From the human T2T-CHM13v2.0 reference genome, Homo sapiens: 64,000 nt of DNA. The notes under the pieces are model-generated. The model did no database searches. It was not told the DNA's origin and saw nothing but the letters and a program-made list of their open reading frames with translations. A program made the position numbers and the translations under genes. The first letter of the stretch is position 1, and each line of letters opens with the position of its first letter. This document shows, piece after piece, positions 13,611 through 26,330 of this stretch. The stretch lies in NCBI RefSeq assembly GCF_009914755.1, contig NC_060933.1; one strand, given 5' to 3'.

Positions 13611-14990
13611 GGAATGGAACGGAACGGAACGGAACGGAACGGAACGGAACGGAATGGAATGGAATGCAATGGAATTGTATGGAATGGAATGGTATGGTAC
13701 GGAATATAATGGAATGGAAAGAATTGGAATGGAATGGAATCGAATGGAATGGAATGGAATGGAATGGAAACAACCCGAGTGCAGGGGAATGTAATGGAAT
13801 GGAATGTAATGGAATGGAATCATCCGGAATGGAATGGAATGGAATGGAATCAACCCGAGTGCAATGGAATGGAGTGGAATGGAATGGAATGGAATGGAAT
13901 AACCCGAATGGAATGGAATGTAATGGAGAGTAAGGGAGTTGAATAGAATCAATCCGAATGTAATGGAATGGAATGGAACGGAATGGAATTGAATGGAATG
14001 GAATGGAATGCAATGGAATGGAATCACCCCGAGTGCAATGGAATGGAGAGGAATGGAATGGAATGGAATGGAAACTACCCGAATGGAATGGAATGTAATG
14101 GAGTGTAAGGGAATTGAATACTATCAATCCGAATGTAATGGAATGGAATGGAACGGAATGGAATGGAATGGAATGGAATGGAATGGAATGGAATGGAATG
14201 CAAAGGAATGGAATCAACCCGAGTGCAATCGAATGGAATCGAATGGAATGGAATGCAATGGAATGGATTCAACTTGAATGGAATGGAAAGAATGGAATCA
14301 ACACGAGTGGAATGGCATGGATTGGAAAGGAATGGAATGGAATCAACCCGAGTACAGGGGAATGGAATGGAATGGAATGCAATGGAATGGAATCATCCGT
14401 AATGGAATGGAAAGGAATGGAATGGAAGGGAATGGAATGGAATGGAATGAAATCAACTCGATTGCAATCGAATGGAATGGAATGGAATTAACCCGAATAG
14501 AAAGGAATGGAATGGAACGGAACGGAACGGAATGGAATGGAATGGAATGGAATGAAGTGGAATATTATCGGAACGGAATGGAATGGAATGGAATGGAATG
14601 CAATGGAATGGAATGGAATCAACGCGAGTGCAGGGGAATGGAATGGAATGGAATGCAATGGAATGGAATCTTCCTGAATGGAATGGAATGGAATAGAATG
14701 AAATGCAATGGATTCAACTCGATTGCAATGGAATGGAATAGAATGGAATGGAATGGAATGGAATGGAATTAACCAGAATAGAATGGAATGGAATGGAATG
14801 GAACGGAATGGAACGGAATGGAATGCAATGGAATGGAATGGAATGGTATGGAATGGAATGGAATGGTACGGAATAGAATGGAATGGAACCAATTGTAATG
14901 GAATGGAATTGAATGGAATGGAATGGAATGGAATGGAATCAACGCGAGTGCAGGGGAATGTAATGGAACGGAATGCAATGGAATGGAATC
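13480..14990 (+). repeat. ~1.5 kb block repeated 2867 bp downstream (copy 1)
   Basis: CACCCCGAG at 14025 and 16892. (GGAAC)7 at 13616 and 16483. ORF pairs 13530/16397, 14114/16981 and 14278/17145 are all at offset 2867. Confidence 0.87.
13616..13650 (+). repeat. (GGAAC)7 variant-pentamer run
   Basis: Seven consecutive GGAAC units. An identical run lies at 16483-16517 and a six-unit run at 50587-50616. Confidence 0.9.
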
Positions 14991-16349
14991 ATCCGGAATG
15001 GAATGGAATGGAATGGAATGGAATGGAATGGAATGGAATGGAATCAACCCGAGTGCAATGGAATGGAGTGGAATGGAATGGAATGGAATGGAACAACCCG
15101 AATGGAATGGAATGTAATGGAGAGTAAGTGAGTTGAATAGAATCAATCCGAATGTAATGGAATGGAACGGAATGGAACGGAATGCAATGGAATGGAATCA
15201 ACCCGAGTACAATGGAACGGAATGGAATGGAATGGAATGGAATGGAATGGAATGGAATGGAATGGAATGGAATGGAATGGAATCAACCCGAGTGCAATGG
15301 AATGGAGAGGAATGGAATGGAATGGAATGGAATGGAATGGAAACTACCCGAATGGAATGGAATGTAATGGAGTGTAAGGGAATTGAATAGAATCAATCCG
15401 AATGGAATGGAATGGAATGGAACGGAATGTAATGTAATGGAATGGAATGGAATCAACCCCAGTTCAGGGGAATGGAATGGAATGGAATGCAATGGAATGG
15501 AATCATCCGGAATGGAATGGAATGGAATGCAATGGAATGGAATGGAATGGAATCAACCCGAGTGCAATGGAATCGAGTGAAATGGAATGGAATGGAATGG
15601 AAACAACCAGAATGGATTGGAATATAATGGAGTGTAAGGGAATTGAAAAGAATCAATCTGAATGTAATGAAATGGAATGGAACGGAATGGAATGGAATGG
15701 AATGAAATGGAATGCAATGGAATGGAATCAACCCGAGTGCAATCGAATGGAATCGAATGGAATGGAATGCAATGGAATGGATTCAACTACAATGGAAAGG
15801 AAAGAATGGAATCAACACGAGTGGAATGGCATGGATTGGAATGGAATGGAATGGAATCAACCCGAGTACAGGAGAATGGAATGGAATGGAATGCAATGGA
15901 ATGGAATCATCAGTAATGGAATGGAAAGGAATGGAAAGGACTGGAATGGAATGGAATGGAATGGAATGGAATGGAATGGAATCAACTCGATTGCAATCGA
16001 ATGGAATGGAATGGAATTAACCCGAATAGAATGGAATGGAATGGAATGGAACGGAACGGAATGGAATGGAATGGAATGGAATGGAAAGGAAAGGAATGGA
16101 ATGGAATGGAATGGAATGGAATGGAATGCCATGGAATCAACGCGAGTGCAGGGGAATGGAATGGAATCGAATGGAATGGAAAGGAATGGAATGGAATCAA
16201 CCCGAGTGCAGGGGAATGTAATGGAACGGAATGCAATTGAATGGAATCATCCGGAATGGAATGGAATGGAATGGAATGGAATGGAATGGAATGGAATCAA
16301 CGCGAGTGCAGGGGAATGGAATAGAATGGAATGGAATGGAATGGAATGG

Positions 16350-17860
16350 AATCTTCCGGAATGGAATGGAATGGAATGGAATGGAATGCAATGGATTCAA
16401 CTCGATTGCAATGGAATGGAATAGAATGGAATGGAATGCAATGGGATGGAATTAACCGGAATAGAATGGAATGGAATGGAATGGAACGGAACGGAACGGA
16501 ACGGAACGGAACGGAACGGAATGGAATGGAATGCAATGGAATTGTATGGAATGGAATGGTATGGTACGGAATATAATGGAATGGAAAGAATTGGAATGGA
16601 ATGGAATCGAATGGAATGGAATGGAATGGAATAGAAACAACCCGAGTGCAGGGGAATGTAATGGAATGGAATGTAATGGAATGGAATCATCCGGAATGGA
16701 ATGGAATGGAATGGAATCAACCCGAGTGCAATGGAATGGAGTGGAATGGAATGGAATGGAATGGAACAACCCGAATGGAATGGAATGTAATGGAGAGTAA
16801 GGGAGTTGAATAGAATCAATCCGAATGTAATGGAATGGAATGGAACGGAATGGAATGGAATGGAATGGAATGGAATGCAATGGAATGGAATCACCCCGAG
16901 TGCAATGGAATGGAGAGGAATGGAATGGAATGGAATGGAAACTACCCGAATGGAATGGAATGTAATGGAGTGTAAGGGAATTGAATAGTATCAATCCGAA
17001 TGTAATGGAATGGAATGGAACGGAATGGAATGGAATGGAATGGAATGGAATGGAATGGAATGGAATGCAAAGGAATGGAATCAACCCGAGTGCAATCGAA
17101 TGGAATCGAATGGAATGGAATGCAATGGAATGGATTCAACTTGAATGGAATGGAAAGAATGGAATCAACACGAGTGGAATGGCATGGATTGGAAAGGAAT
17201 GGAATGGAATCAACCCGAGTACAGGGGAATGGAATGGAATGGAATGCAATGGAATGGAATCATCCGTAATGGAATGGAAAGGAATGGAATGGAAGGGAAT
17301 GGAATGGAATGGAATGGAATCAACTCGATTGCAATCGAATGGAATGGAATGGAATTAACCCGAATAGAAAGGAATGGTATGGAACGGAACGGAACGGAAT
17401 GGAATGGAATGGAATGGAATGAAGTGGAATAGATCGGAACGGAATGGAATGGAATGGAATGGAATGCAATGGAATGGAATGGAATCAACGCGAGTGCAGG
17501 GGAATGGAATGGAATGGAATGCAATGGAATGGAATCTTCCTGAATGGAATGGAATGGAATAGAATGAAATGCAATGGATTCAACTCGATTGCAATGGAAT
17601 GGAATAGAATGGAATGGAATGGAATGCAATGGAATTAACCCGAATAGAATGGAATGGAATGGAATGGAACGGAATGGAACGGAATGGAATGGAATGGAAT
17701 GGAATGGAATGGAGTGGTATGGAATGGAATGGAATGGTACGGAATAGAATGGAATGGAACGAATTGTAATGGAATGGAATTGAATGGAATGGAATGGAAT
17801 GGAATGGAATCAACGCGAGTGCAGGGGAATGTAATGGAACGGAATGCAATGGAATGGAAT
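16350..17860 (+). repeat. ~1.5 kb block repeated from 13480-14990 (copy 2)
   Basis: Shares CACCCCGAG, GGTATGGTACGGAATATAAT, CTTCCTGAAT and GAAGTGGAAT..ATCGGAAC with copy 1. Confidence 0.87.
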
Positions 17861-20800
17861 CATCCCGAATGGAATGGAATGGAATGGAATGGAATCAACC
17901 GGATTGCAATGGAATGGAGTGGAATGGAATGGAATGGAATGGAATGGAATGGAATGGAATGGAATGCAATGAAATGGAATCAACCCGAGTACAATGGAAT
18001 GGAATGGAATGGAATGGAATGGAATGGAATGGAATGGAATGGAATGCCTTCAATACGAATGGAATGGAAAGGAATGGAATCAACACGAGTGGAATGGAAT
18101 GGAATGGAAAGGAATGGAATGGAATGGAATGGTACGGAATAGAATGGAATGGAATGAAATGGAATGGAATGGAACGAAATGGAGTGGAATGGAATGGAAT
18201 GGAATGGAATGGAATGGAATCGTTCCGAGTGGAATAGGAGGGAATGTATTCGAGAGGAATGGAAAGGAATGGAATCAACCAGAGTGGAATGGAAGGGAAT
18301 GGAATGGAATGGAAACTAATAGAATGAAATCAAACCGAGAGGAATGGAATGGAAAGGACAGGAATGGAATGGAATGGAATGGAATGGAATGGAATGGAAT
18401 CAACCCTATTGTAATGGAATGGAATGCAAAGGAATGGAATGGAATGGAATGGAATTAACCCAAATACAATGGAATGGAATGGAATGGAACGGAATGAATT
18501 GGAATGGAATGGAATCAACCCGAGTGCAGGGCAATGGAATGGAATGGAATGCAATGGAATGGAATCATCCGGAATGGAATGGAATGGAATGGAATGGAAT
18601 GCAAAGCAATGGAATCAACTCGAATGCAATGGAATGGAATGGAATGGAAAGGAATACATTGAAATCAACCCGAGTGGAATGGAATGGAAAGGACTGGAAT
18701 GGAGTGGAATGGAATGCAATGGAATGGAATGGAATCAACTCGATTGGAATGGAATGGAATGGAATGGAATGGAATGGAATTAACCCGAATAGAATGGAAT
18801 GGAATTAAATGGAACGGAACGGAATGGAATGGAATGGAATGGAATGGAATGGAATGGAATCAACCCGACTGCAGGGGAATGGAATGGAATGGAATGCAAT
18901 GGAATGGAAACTACCCGAATGGAATGGAATGTAACAGAGTGTAAGGGAATTGAATAGAATCAATCCGAATGTAATGGAATGGAATGGAACGGAACGGAAT
19001 GAATTGGAATGGAATGGAATGGAATGGAATGCAATGGAATGGAATCAACCCGAGTGCAATCGAATGGAATCGAATTGAATGGAATGCAATGGAATGTATT
19101 CAACTAGAATGGAATGGAAAGAATGGAATCAACACGAGTGGAATGGCATGGATTGGAATGGAATGGAATGGAATCAACCCGAGTACAGGGGAATGGAATG
19201 GAATGGAATGCAATGGAATGCAATCATCCGTAATGGAATGGAAAGGAATGGAATGGAATGGAATGGAATGGAATGGAATGGAATGGAATCAACTCGATTG
19301 CAATCGAATGGAATGGAATGAAATTAACCCGAATAGAATGGAATGGAATGGAATGGAACGGAACGGAACGGAACGGAATGGAATGGAATGGAATGGAATG
19401 GAATGGAATGGAATGGAACGGAAAGGAATGGAATGGAATGGACTGGAATGGAATGGAATGGAATGGAATGGAATCAACGCGAGTGCAGGGGAATGGAATG
19501 GAATGGAATGAAATATAATGGAATCTTCCGGAATGGAATGGAAAGGAATATAATAAACCCGAGTGCAATGGAATGGAGTGGAATGGAATGGAATGGAATG
19601 GAACAACCCGAATGGAATGGAATGTAATGGAGAGTAAGGGAGTTGAATAGAATCAATCCGAATGTAATGGAATGGAATGGAACGGAATGGAATGGAATTG
19701 AATGGAATGGAATGCAATGGAATGGAATCAACCCGAGTGCAATCGAATGGAATCGAATGGAATGGAATGCAATGGAATGGATTCAACTTGAATGGAATGG
19801 AAAGAATGGAATCAACACGAGTGGAATGGCATGGATTGGAATGGAATGTAATGGAATCAACCCGAGTACAGGGGAATGGAATGGAATGGAATGCAATGGA
19901 ATGGAATCTTCCGTAATGGAATGGAAAGAATGGAATGGAAAGGAATGGAATGGAATGGAATGGAATCATCTCGATTGCAATCGAATGGAATGGAATGGAA
20001 TTAACCGGAATAGAATGGAATGGAATGGAATGGAATGGAACGGAACGGATTGGAATGGAATGGAATGGAATGGAATGGAACGGAACGGAACGGAATGGAA
20101 TGGAATGGAATGGAACGGAATGGAATCAACGCGAGTGCAGGGGAATGGAATGGAATGGAATGCAATGGAATGGAATCTTCCGGAATGGAATGGAATGGAA
20201 TGGAATAGAATGGAATGGAATGGAATGGAATGGAATTAATCCGAATAGAATGGAATGGAATGGAATGGAACGGAATAGAATGGAATGGAATGGAATGGAA
20301 TGGTATGGAATGGAATGGAATGGTACGGAATAGAATGGAATGGAACGAATTGTAATGGAATGGAATTGAATGGAATGGAATGGAATGGAATGGAATCAAC
20401 GCGAGTGCAGGGAAATGTAATGGAACGGAATGCAATGGAATGGAATCATCCGGAATGGAATGGAATGGAATGGAATGGATTGGAATGGAATCAACCCGAG
20501 TGCAATGGAATGTAATGGAGAGTAAGGGAGTTGAATAGAATCAATCCGAATGTAATGGAATGGAATGCAACGGAATGGAATGGAATGGAATGGAATGGAA
20601 TGGAATGGAATGCAATGGAATTGAATCAACCCGAGTACAATGGAATGGAATGGAATGGATTGGAATGGAATGGAATGGAATGGAATCGAATGGAAAGATA
20701 CGGAATAGAATGGAATGGAACGAAATGGAATGGAATGGAATGGAATGGAATGGAATGGAATGGAATCGTTCCGAGTGGAATACGAGGGAATGTATTCGAG

Positions 20801-22499
20801 TGGAATGGAAAGGAATGGTATCAACCAGAGTGGAATGGAATGGAATGGAATGGAATGGAAACTAATAGAATGGAATCAACCCGAGTGGAATGGAATGGAA
20901 AGGACTGGAATGGAATGGAATGGAATGGAATCAACTCGGTTGTAATGGAATGGAATGGAATGGAATGGAATGGAATGGAATTAACCCGAATACATTGGAA
21001 TGGAATGGAATGGAGCGGAATGGAGTAGAATGGAATGGAATCAACCGAGTGCAGGGGAATGGAATGGAATGGAATGCAATGGAATGGAATCATCCGGAAT
21101 GGAATGGAATGGAATGGAATGCAAAGCAATGGGATCAACTCGATTGCAATGGAATGGAATGGAATGGAAAGGAATACATTGGAATCAACCCGAGTGGAAT
21201 GGAATGGAAAGGACTGGAATGGAGTGGAATGGAATGGAATGGAATGGAATGGAATCAACTCGATTGGAATGGAATGGAATGGAATGGAATGGAATTAACC
21301 CGAATAGAATGGAATGGAATGGAATGGAACGGAACGGAACGGAATGGAATGGATTGGAATGGAATGGAATGGAATGGAATGGAACGGAAAGGAATGGAAT
21401 GGAATTGAATGGAATGGAATGGAATGGAATGGAATGGAATCAAACCGAGTGCAATGGAATGGATTCGAATGGAATGGAATGGAATGGAAAGGAATAGAAT
21501 GGAATCAACCCGAGTGTAATGGAATGGAAAGGACTGGAATGGAGTGGAATGGAATGGAATGGAATGGAATTAACCCGAATAGAATGGAATGGAATGGAAT
21601 GGAACGGAATGGAATGGAATGGAATGGAATGGAATGGAATGGAATGGAATCAACCCGACTGCAGGGGAATGGAATGGAATGGAATGGAATGGAATGGAAT
21701 CATCCGGAACGGAATGGAATGGAATGGAATGGAATCAACTCGATTGCAATGGAATGGAATGGAATGGAATGGAATGGAATGGAATGGAATGGAATGGAAT
21801 GGAATTGAATGGAATGGAATTCACCCGAATAGAATGGAATGGAATGGAATGGAAAGGAATGGAAGGGAAGGAAATGGAATGTAATCAACCCGAGTGCAGG
21901 GGAATGGAATGGAACGGAATGCAATGGAATGGAATCATCCGGAATGGAATGGAATGGAATGGAATGGAATGGAATGGAATGGTATCAACCCGAGTGCAGG
22001 GGAATGTAATGGAACGGAATGCAATGGAATGGTATCATCCGGAATGGAATGGAATGGAATGGAATGGAATGGAATGGAATGGAATCAACCCGAGTGCAAT
22101 GGAATGGAGTGGAATGGAATGGAATGGAATGGAACAACCCGAATGGAATGGAATGTAATGGAGAGTAAGGGAGTTGAATAGAATCAATCCGAATGTAATG
22201 GAATGGAATGGAACGGAATGGAATTGAATGGAATGGAATGGAATGCAATGGATTGGAATCAACCCGAGTGCAATGGAATGGAGAGGAATGGAATGGAATG
22301 GAATGGAAACTACGCGAATGGAATGGAATGTAATGGAGTGTAAGGGAATTGAATAGAATCAATCCGAATGTAAAGGAATGGAATGGAACGGAATGGAATG
22401 GAATGGAATGGAATGGAATGCAATGGAATGGAATCAACCCGAGTGCAATCGAATGGAATCGAATTGAATGGAATGCAATGGAATGGATTCAACTTGAAT

Positions 22500-24420
22500 G
22501 GAATGGAAAGAATGGAATCAACACGAGTGGAATGGCATGGATTGGAATGGAATGGAATGGAATCAACCTGAGTACAGGGGAGTGGAATGGAATGGAAAGC
22601 AATGGAATGAAATCATCCGTAATGGAATGGAAAGGAATGGAATGGAATGGAATGGAATGGAATGGAATGGAATGGAATCAACTCGATTGCAATCGAATGG
22701 AATGGAATGGAATTAACCCGAATAGAATGGAATGGAATGGAATGGAACGGAACGGAATGGAATGGAATGGAATGGAATGGAACGGAATGGAATGGAATGG
22801 AATGGAATGGTATCAACGCGAGTGCAGGGGAATGGAATGGAATGGAATGCAATGGAATGGAATCTTCCGGAATGGAATGGAATGGAATGGAATGGAATGA
22901 AATGCACTGGATTCAACTCGATTGCAATGGAATGGAATAGAATGGAATGGAATGGAATGGAATGGAATTAATCCGAATAGAATGGAATGGAATGGAATGG
23001 AACGGAATGGAACGGAATGGAATGGAATGGAATGGAATGGAATGGTATGGAATGGAATGGAATGGTACGGAATAGAATGGAATGGAACGAATTGTAATGG
23101 AATGGAATTGAATGGAATGGAATGGAATGGAATGGAATCAACGCGAGTGCAGGGGAATGTAATGAAACGGAATGCAATGGAATGGAATCATCCGGAATGG
23201 AATGGAATAGAATGGAATGGAATGGAATGGAATGGAATGGAATCAACCCGAGTGCAATGGAATGGAGTGGAATGGAATGGAATGGAACAACCCCAATGGA
23301 ATGGAATGGAATGGAGAGTAAGGGAGTTGAATAGAATCAATCCGAATGTATTGGAATGGAATGCAACGGAATGGAATGGAATGGAATGCAATGGAATGCA
23401 ATGGAATGGAATCAACCCGAGTACAATGGAATGGAATGGAATGGAATGGAATGGAATGGAATGGAATCGAATAGAATGGAATGGAATGGAATGATACGGA
23501 ATAGAATGGAATGGAACGAAATGGAATGGAATGGAATGGAATGGAATGGAATGGAATGGAATGGAATGGAATGGAATGGAATGGAATCGTTCCGAGTGGA
23601 ATAGGAGGGAATGTATTCGAGTGGAATGGAAAGGAATGGAATCAGCCAGAGTGGAATGGAAGGGAATGGAATGGAATGGAATGGAATGCAATAGAATGGA
23701 ATCAACCCGAGTGCAATCGAATGGAATCAAATGGAATGGAATGCAACGGAATGGATTCAACTTGAATGGAAAGGAAAGAATGGAATCAACACGAGTGGAA
23801 TGGCATGGATTGGAATGGAATGGAATGGAATCAACCCGAGTACAGGGGAATGGAATGGAATGGAATGCAATGGAATGGAATCATCAGTAATGGAATGGAA
23901 AGGAATGGAAAGGACTGGAATGGAATGGAATGGAATGGAATGGAATGGAATCAACTCGATTGCAATCGAATGGAATGGAATGGAATTAACCCGAATAGAA
24001 TGGAATGGAATGGAATGTAACGGAACGGAATGGAATGGAATGGAACGGAAAGGAATGGAATGGAATGGAATGGAACGGAATGGAATGGAATGGATTCAAC
24101 GCGAGTGCAGGGGAATGGAATGGAATCGAATGGAATGGAAAGGAATGGAATGGAATCAACCCGAGTGCAATGGAATGGAGTGGAATGGAAAGGAATGGAA
24201 TGGAACAACCCGAATGGAATGGAATGTAATGGAGAGTAAGGGAGTTGAAAAGAATCAATCCGAATGTAATGGAATGGAATGGAACGTAATGGAATGGAAT
24301 GGAATGGAATAGAATGCAATGGAAAGGAATCAACCCGAGTACAATGGAATGGAATGGAATGGAATGGAATGGAATGGAATGGAATGGAATGGAATGCAAT
24401 GGAATGGAATCTTCCGGAAT
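22500..24420 (+). repeat. ~1.9 kb block with dispersed paralog at ~34740-36690 (offset ~12.2 kb)
   Basis: AATGCACTGG at 22901 and 35131. Shared CAACCCCAATGG, GGATTCAACGCGAG and GGAACGTAA. ORF pairs 22713/34943 (offset 12230) and 23757/35957 (offset 12200). Confidence 0.82.
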
Positions 24421-25379
24421 GGAATGGAATGGAATGGAATAGAATGGAATGGAATTAAAACGAATAGAATGGAATGGAATGGAATGGAACGGAACAGAAC
24501 GGAACGGAACGGAACTGAGTGGAATTGAATGGAATGGAATTGTATGGAATGGAATGGAATGGTACGGAATAGAATGGAATGGAAAGAATTGGAATGGAAT
24601 GGAATCGAACGGAATGGAATGGAATGGAATGGAATGGAATGGAATCAACCCGAGCGCAATGGAATGGAGTGGAATGGAATGGAATGGAATGGAACAACCC
24701 GAATGGAATGGAATGTAATGGAGAGTAAGGGAGTTGAATAGAATCAATCCGAATGTAATGGAATGGAACGGAACGGAATGGAATGGAATGGAATGGAATG
24801 GAATGGAATGGAATGCAATGGAATGGAATCAACCCGAGTACAATGGAACGGAATGGAATGCAATGTAATGTAATGTAATGGAATGGAATGGAATGGAATG
24901 GAATCAACCCGAGTGCAATGGAATGGAGAGGAATGGAATGGAATGGAATGGAAACTACCTGAATGGAATGGAATGTAATGGAGTGCAAGGGAATTGAATA
25001 GAATCAATCCGAATGGAATGGAACGGAATGGAATGGAATCAACCCGAGTGCAGGGGAATGGAATGGAATGGAATGCAATGGAATGGAATCATCCGGAATG
25101 GAATGGAATGGAATGCAATGGAATGGAATGGAATGGAATCAACCCGAGTGCAATGGAATGGAGTGAAATGGAATGGAATGGAATGGAGACAACCAGAATG
25201 GATTGGAATATAATGGAGTGTAAGGGAATTGAATAGAATAAATCTGAATGTAATGAAATGGAATGGAACGGAATGGAATGGAATGGAATGGAATGGAATG
25301 CAATGGAATGGAATCAACCCGAGTGCAATCGAATGGAATCGAATGGAATGGAATGCAATGGAATGGATTCAACTTGAAT

Positions 25380-26330
25380 GGAATGGAAAGAATGGAATCA
25401 ACACGAGTGGAATGGCATGGATTGGAATGGAATGGAATGGAATCAACCAGAGTATAGGGGAATGGAATGGAATGGAATGCAATGGAATGGAATCATCCGT
25501 AATGGAATGGAAAGGAATGGAATCGAATGGAATGGAATGGAATGGAATGGAATGGAATCAACTCGATTGCAATCGAATGGAATGGAATGGAATTAACCCG
25601 AATAGAATGGAATGGAATGGAATGGAACGGAACGGAATGGAATGGAATGGAATGGAATGGAATGGAACGGAAAGGAAGGGAATGGAATGGAATAGAATGG
25701 AATGGAATGGAATCAACGCGAGTGCAGGGGAATGGAATGGAATGGAATGCAATGGAATGGAATCTTCCGGAATGGAATGGAATGGAATGGAATCAACCCG
25801 AGTGCAATGGAATGGAGTGGAATGGAATGGAATGGAATGGAACAACCCGAATTGAATGGAATATAATGGAGAGTAAGGGAGTTGAATAGAATCAATCCGA
25901 ATGTAATGGAATGGAATGGAACGGAATGGATTTGAATGGAATGGAATGGAATGCAATGGAATGGAATCAACCCGAGTGCAATGGAATGGAGAGGAATGGA
26001 ATGGAATGGAATGGAAACTACCCGAATGGAATGGAATGTAATGGAGTGTAAAGGAATTGAATAGAATCAATCCGAATGTAATGGAATGGAATGGAACGGA
26101 ATGGAATGGAATGGAATGGAATGCAATGGAATGGAATCAACCCGAGTGCAATCGAATGGAATCGAATGGAATGGAATGCAATGGAATGGATTCAACTTCA
26201 ATGGAATGGAAAGAATGGAATCAACACGAGTGGAATGGCATGGATTGGAATGGAATGGAATGGAATCAACCCGAGTACAGGAGAATGGAATGGAATGGAA
26301 TGCAATGGAATGGAATCATCCGTAATGGAA
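25380..26330 (+). repeat. ~0.95 kb block with dispersed paralog at ~36910-37875 (offset ~11.5 kb)
   Basis: Shared CAACCAGAGTATAGGGG, CAACCCGAATTGAATGGAATATAAT, GGATTTGAAT and GTGTAAAGGAATTG. ORF pairs 25527/37058 and 25713/37244 (offset 11531). Confidence 0.82.

Noticed and set aside
19849-19859. TAATGGAATCA, a match to the DUX4 motif TAAYBBAATCA
   Set aside because: It is a single substitution away from the ubiquitous GAATGGAATCA, so an isolated match is expected by chance and is not called as a regulatory site.
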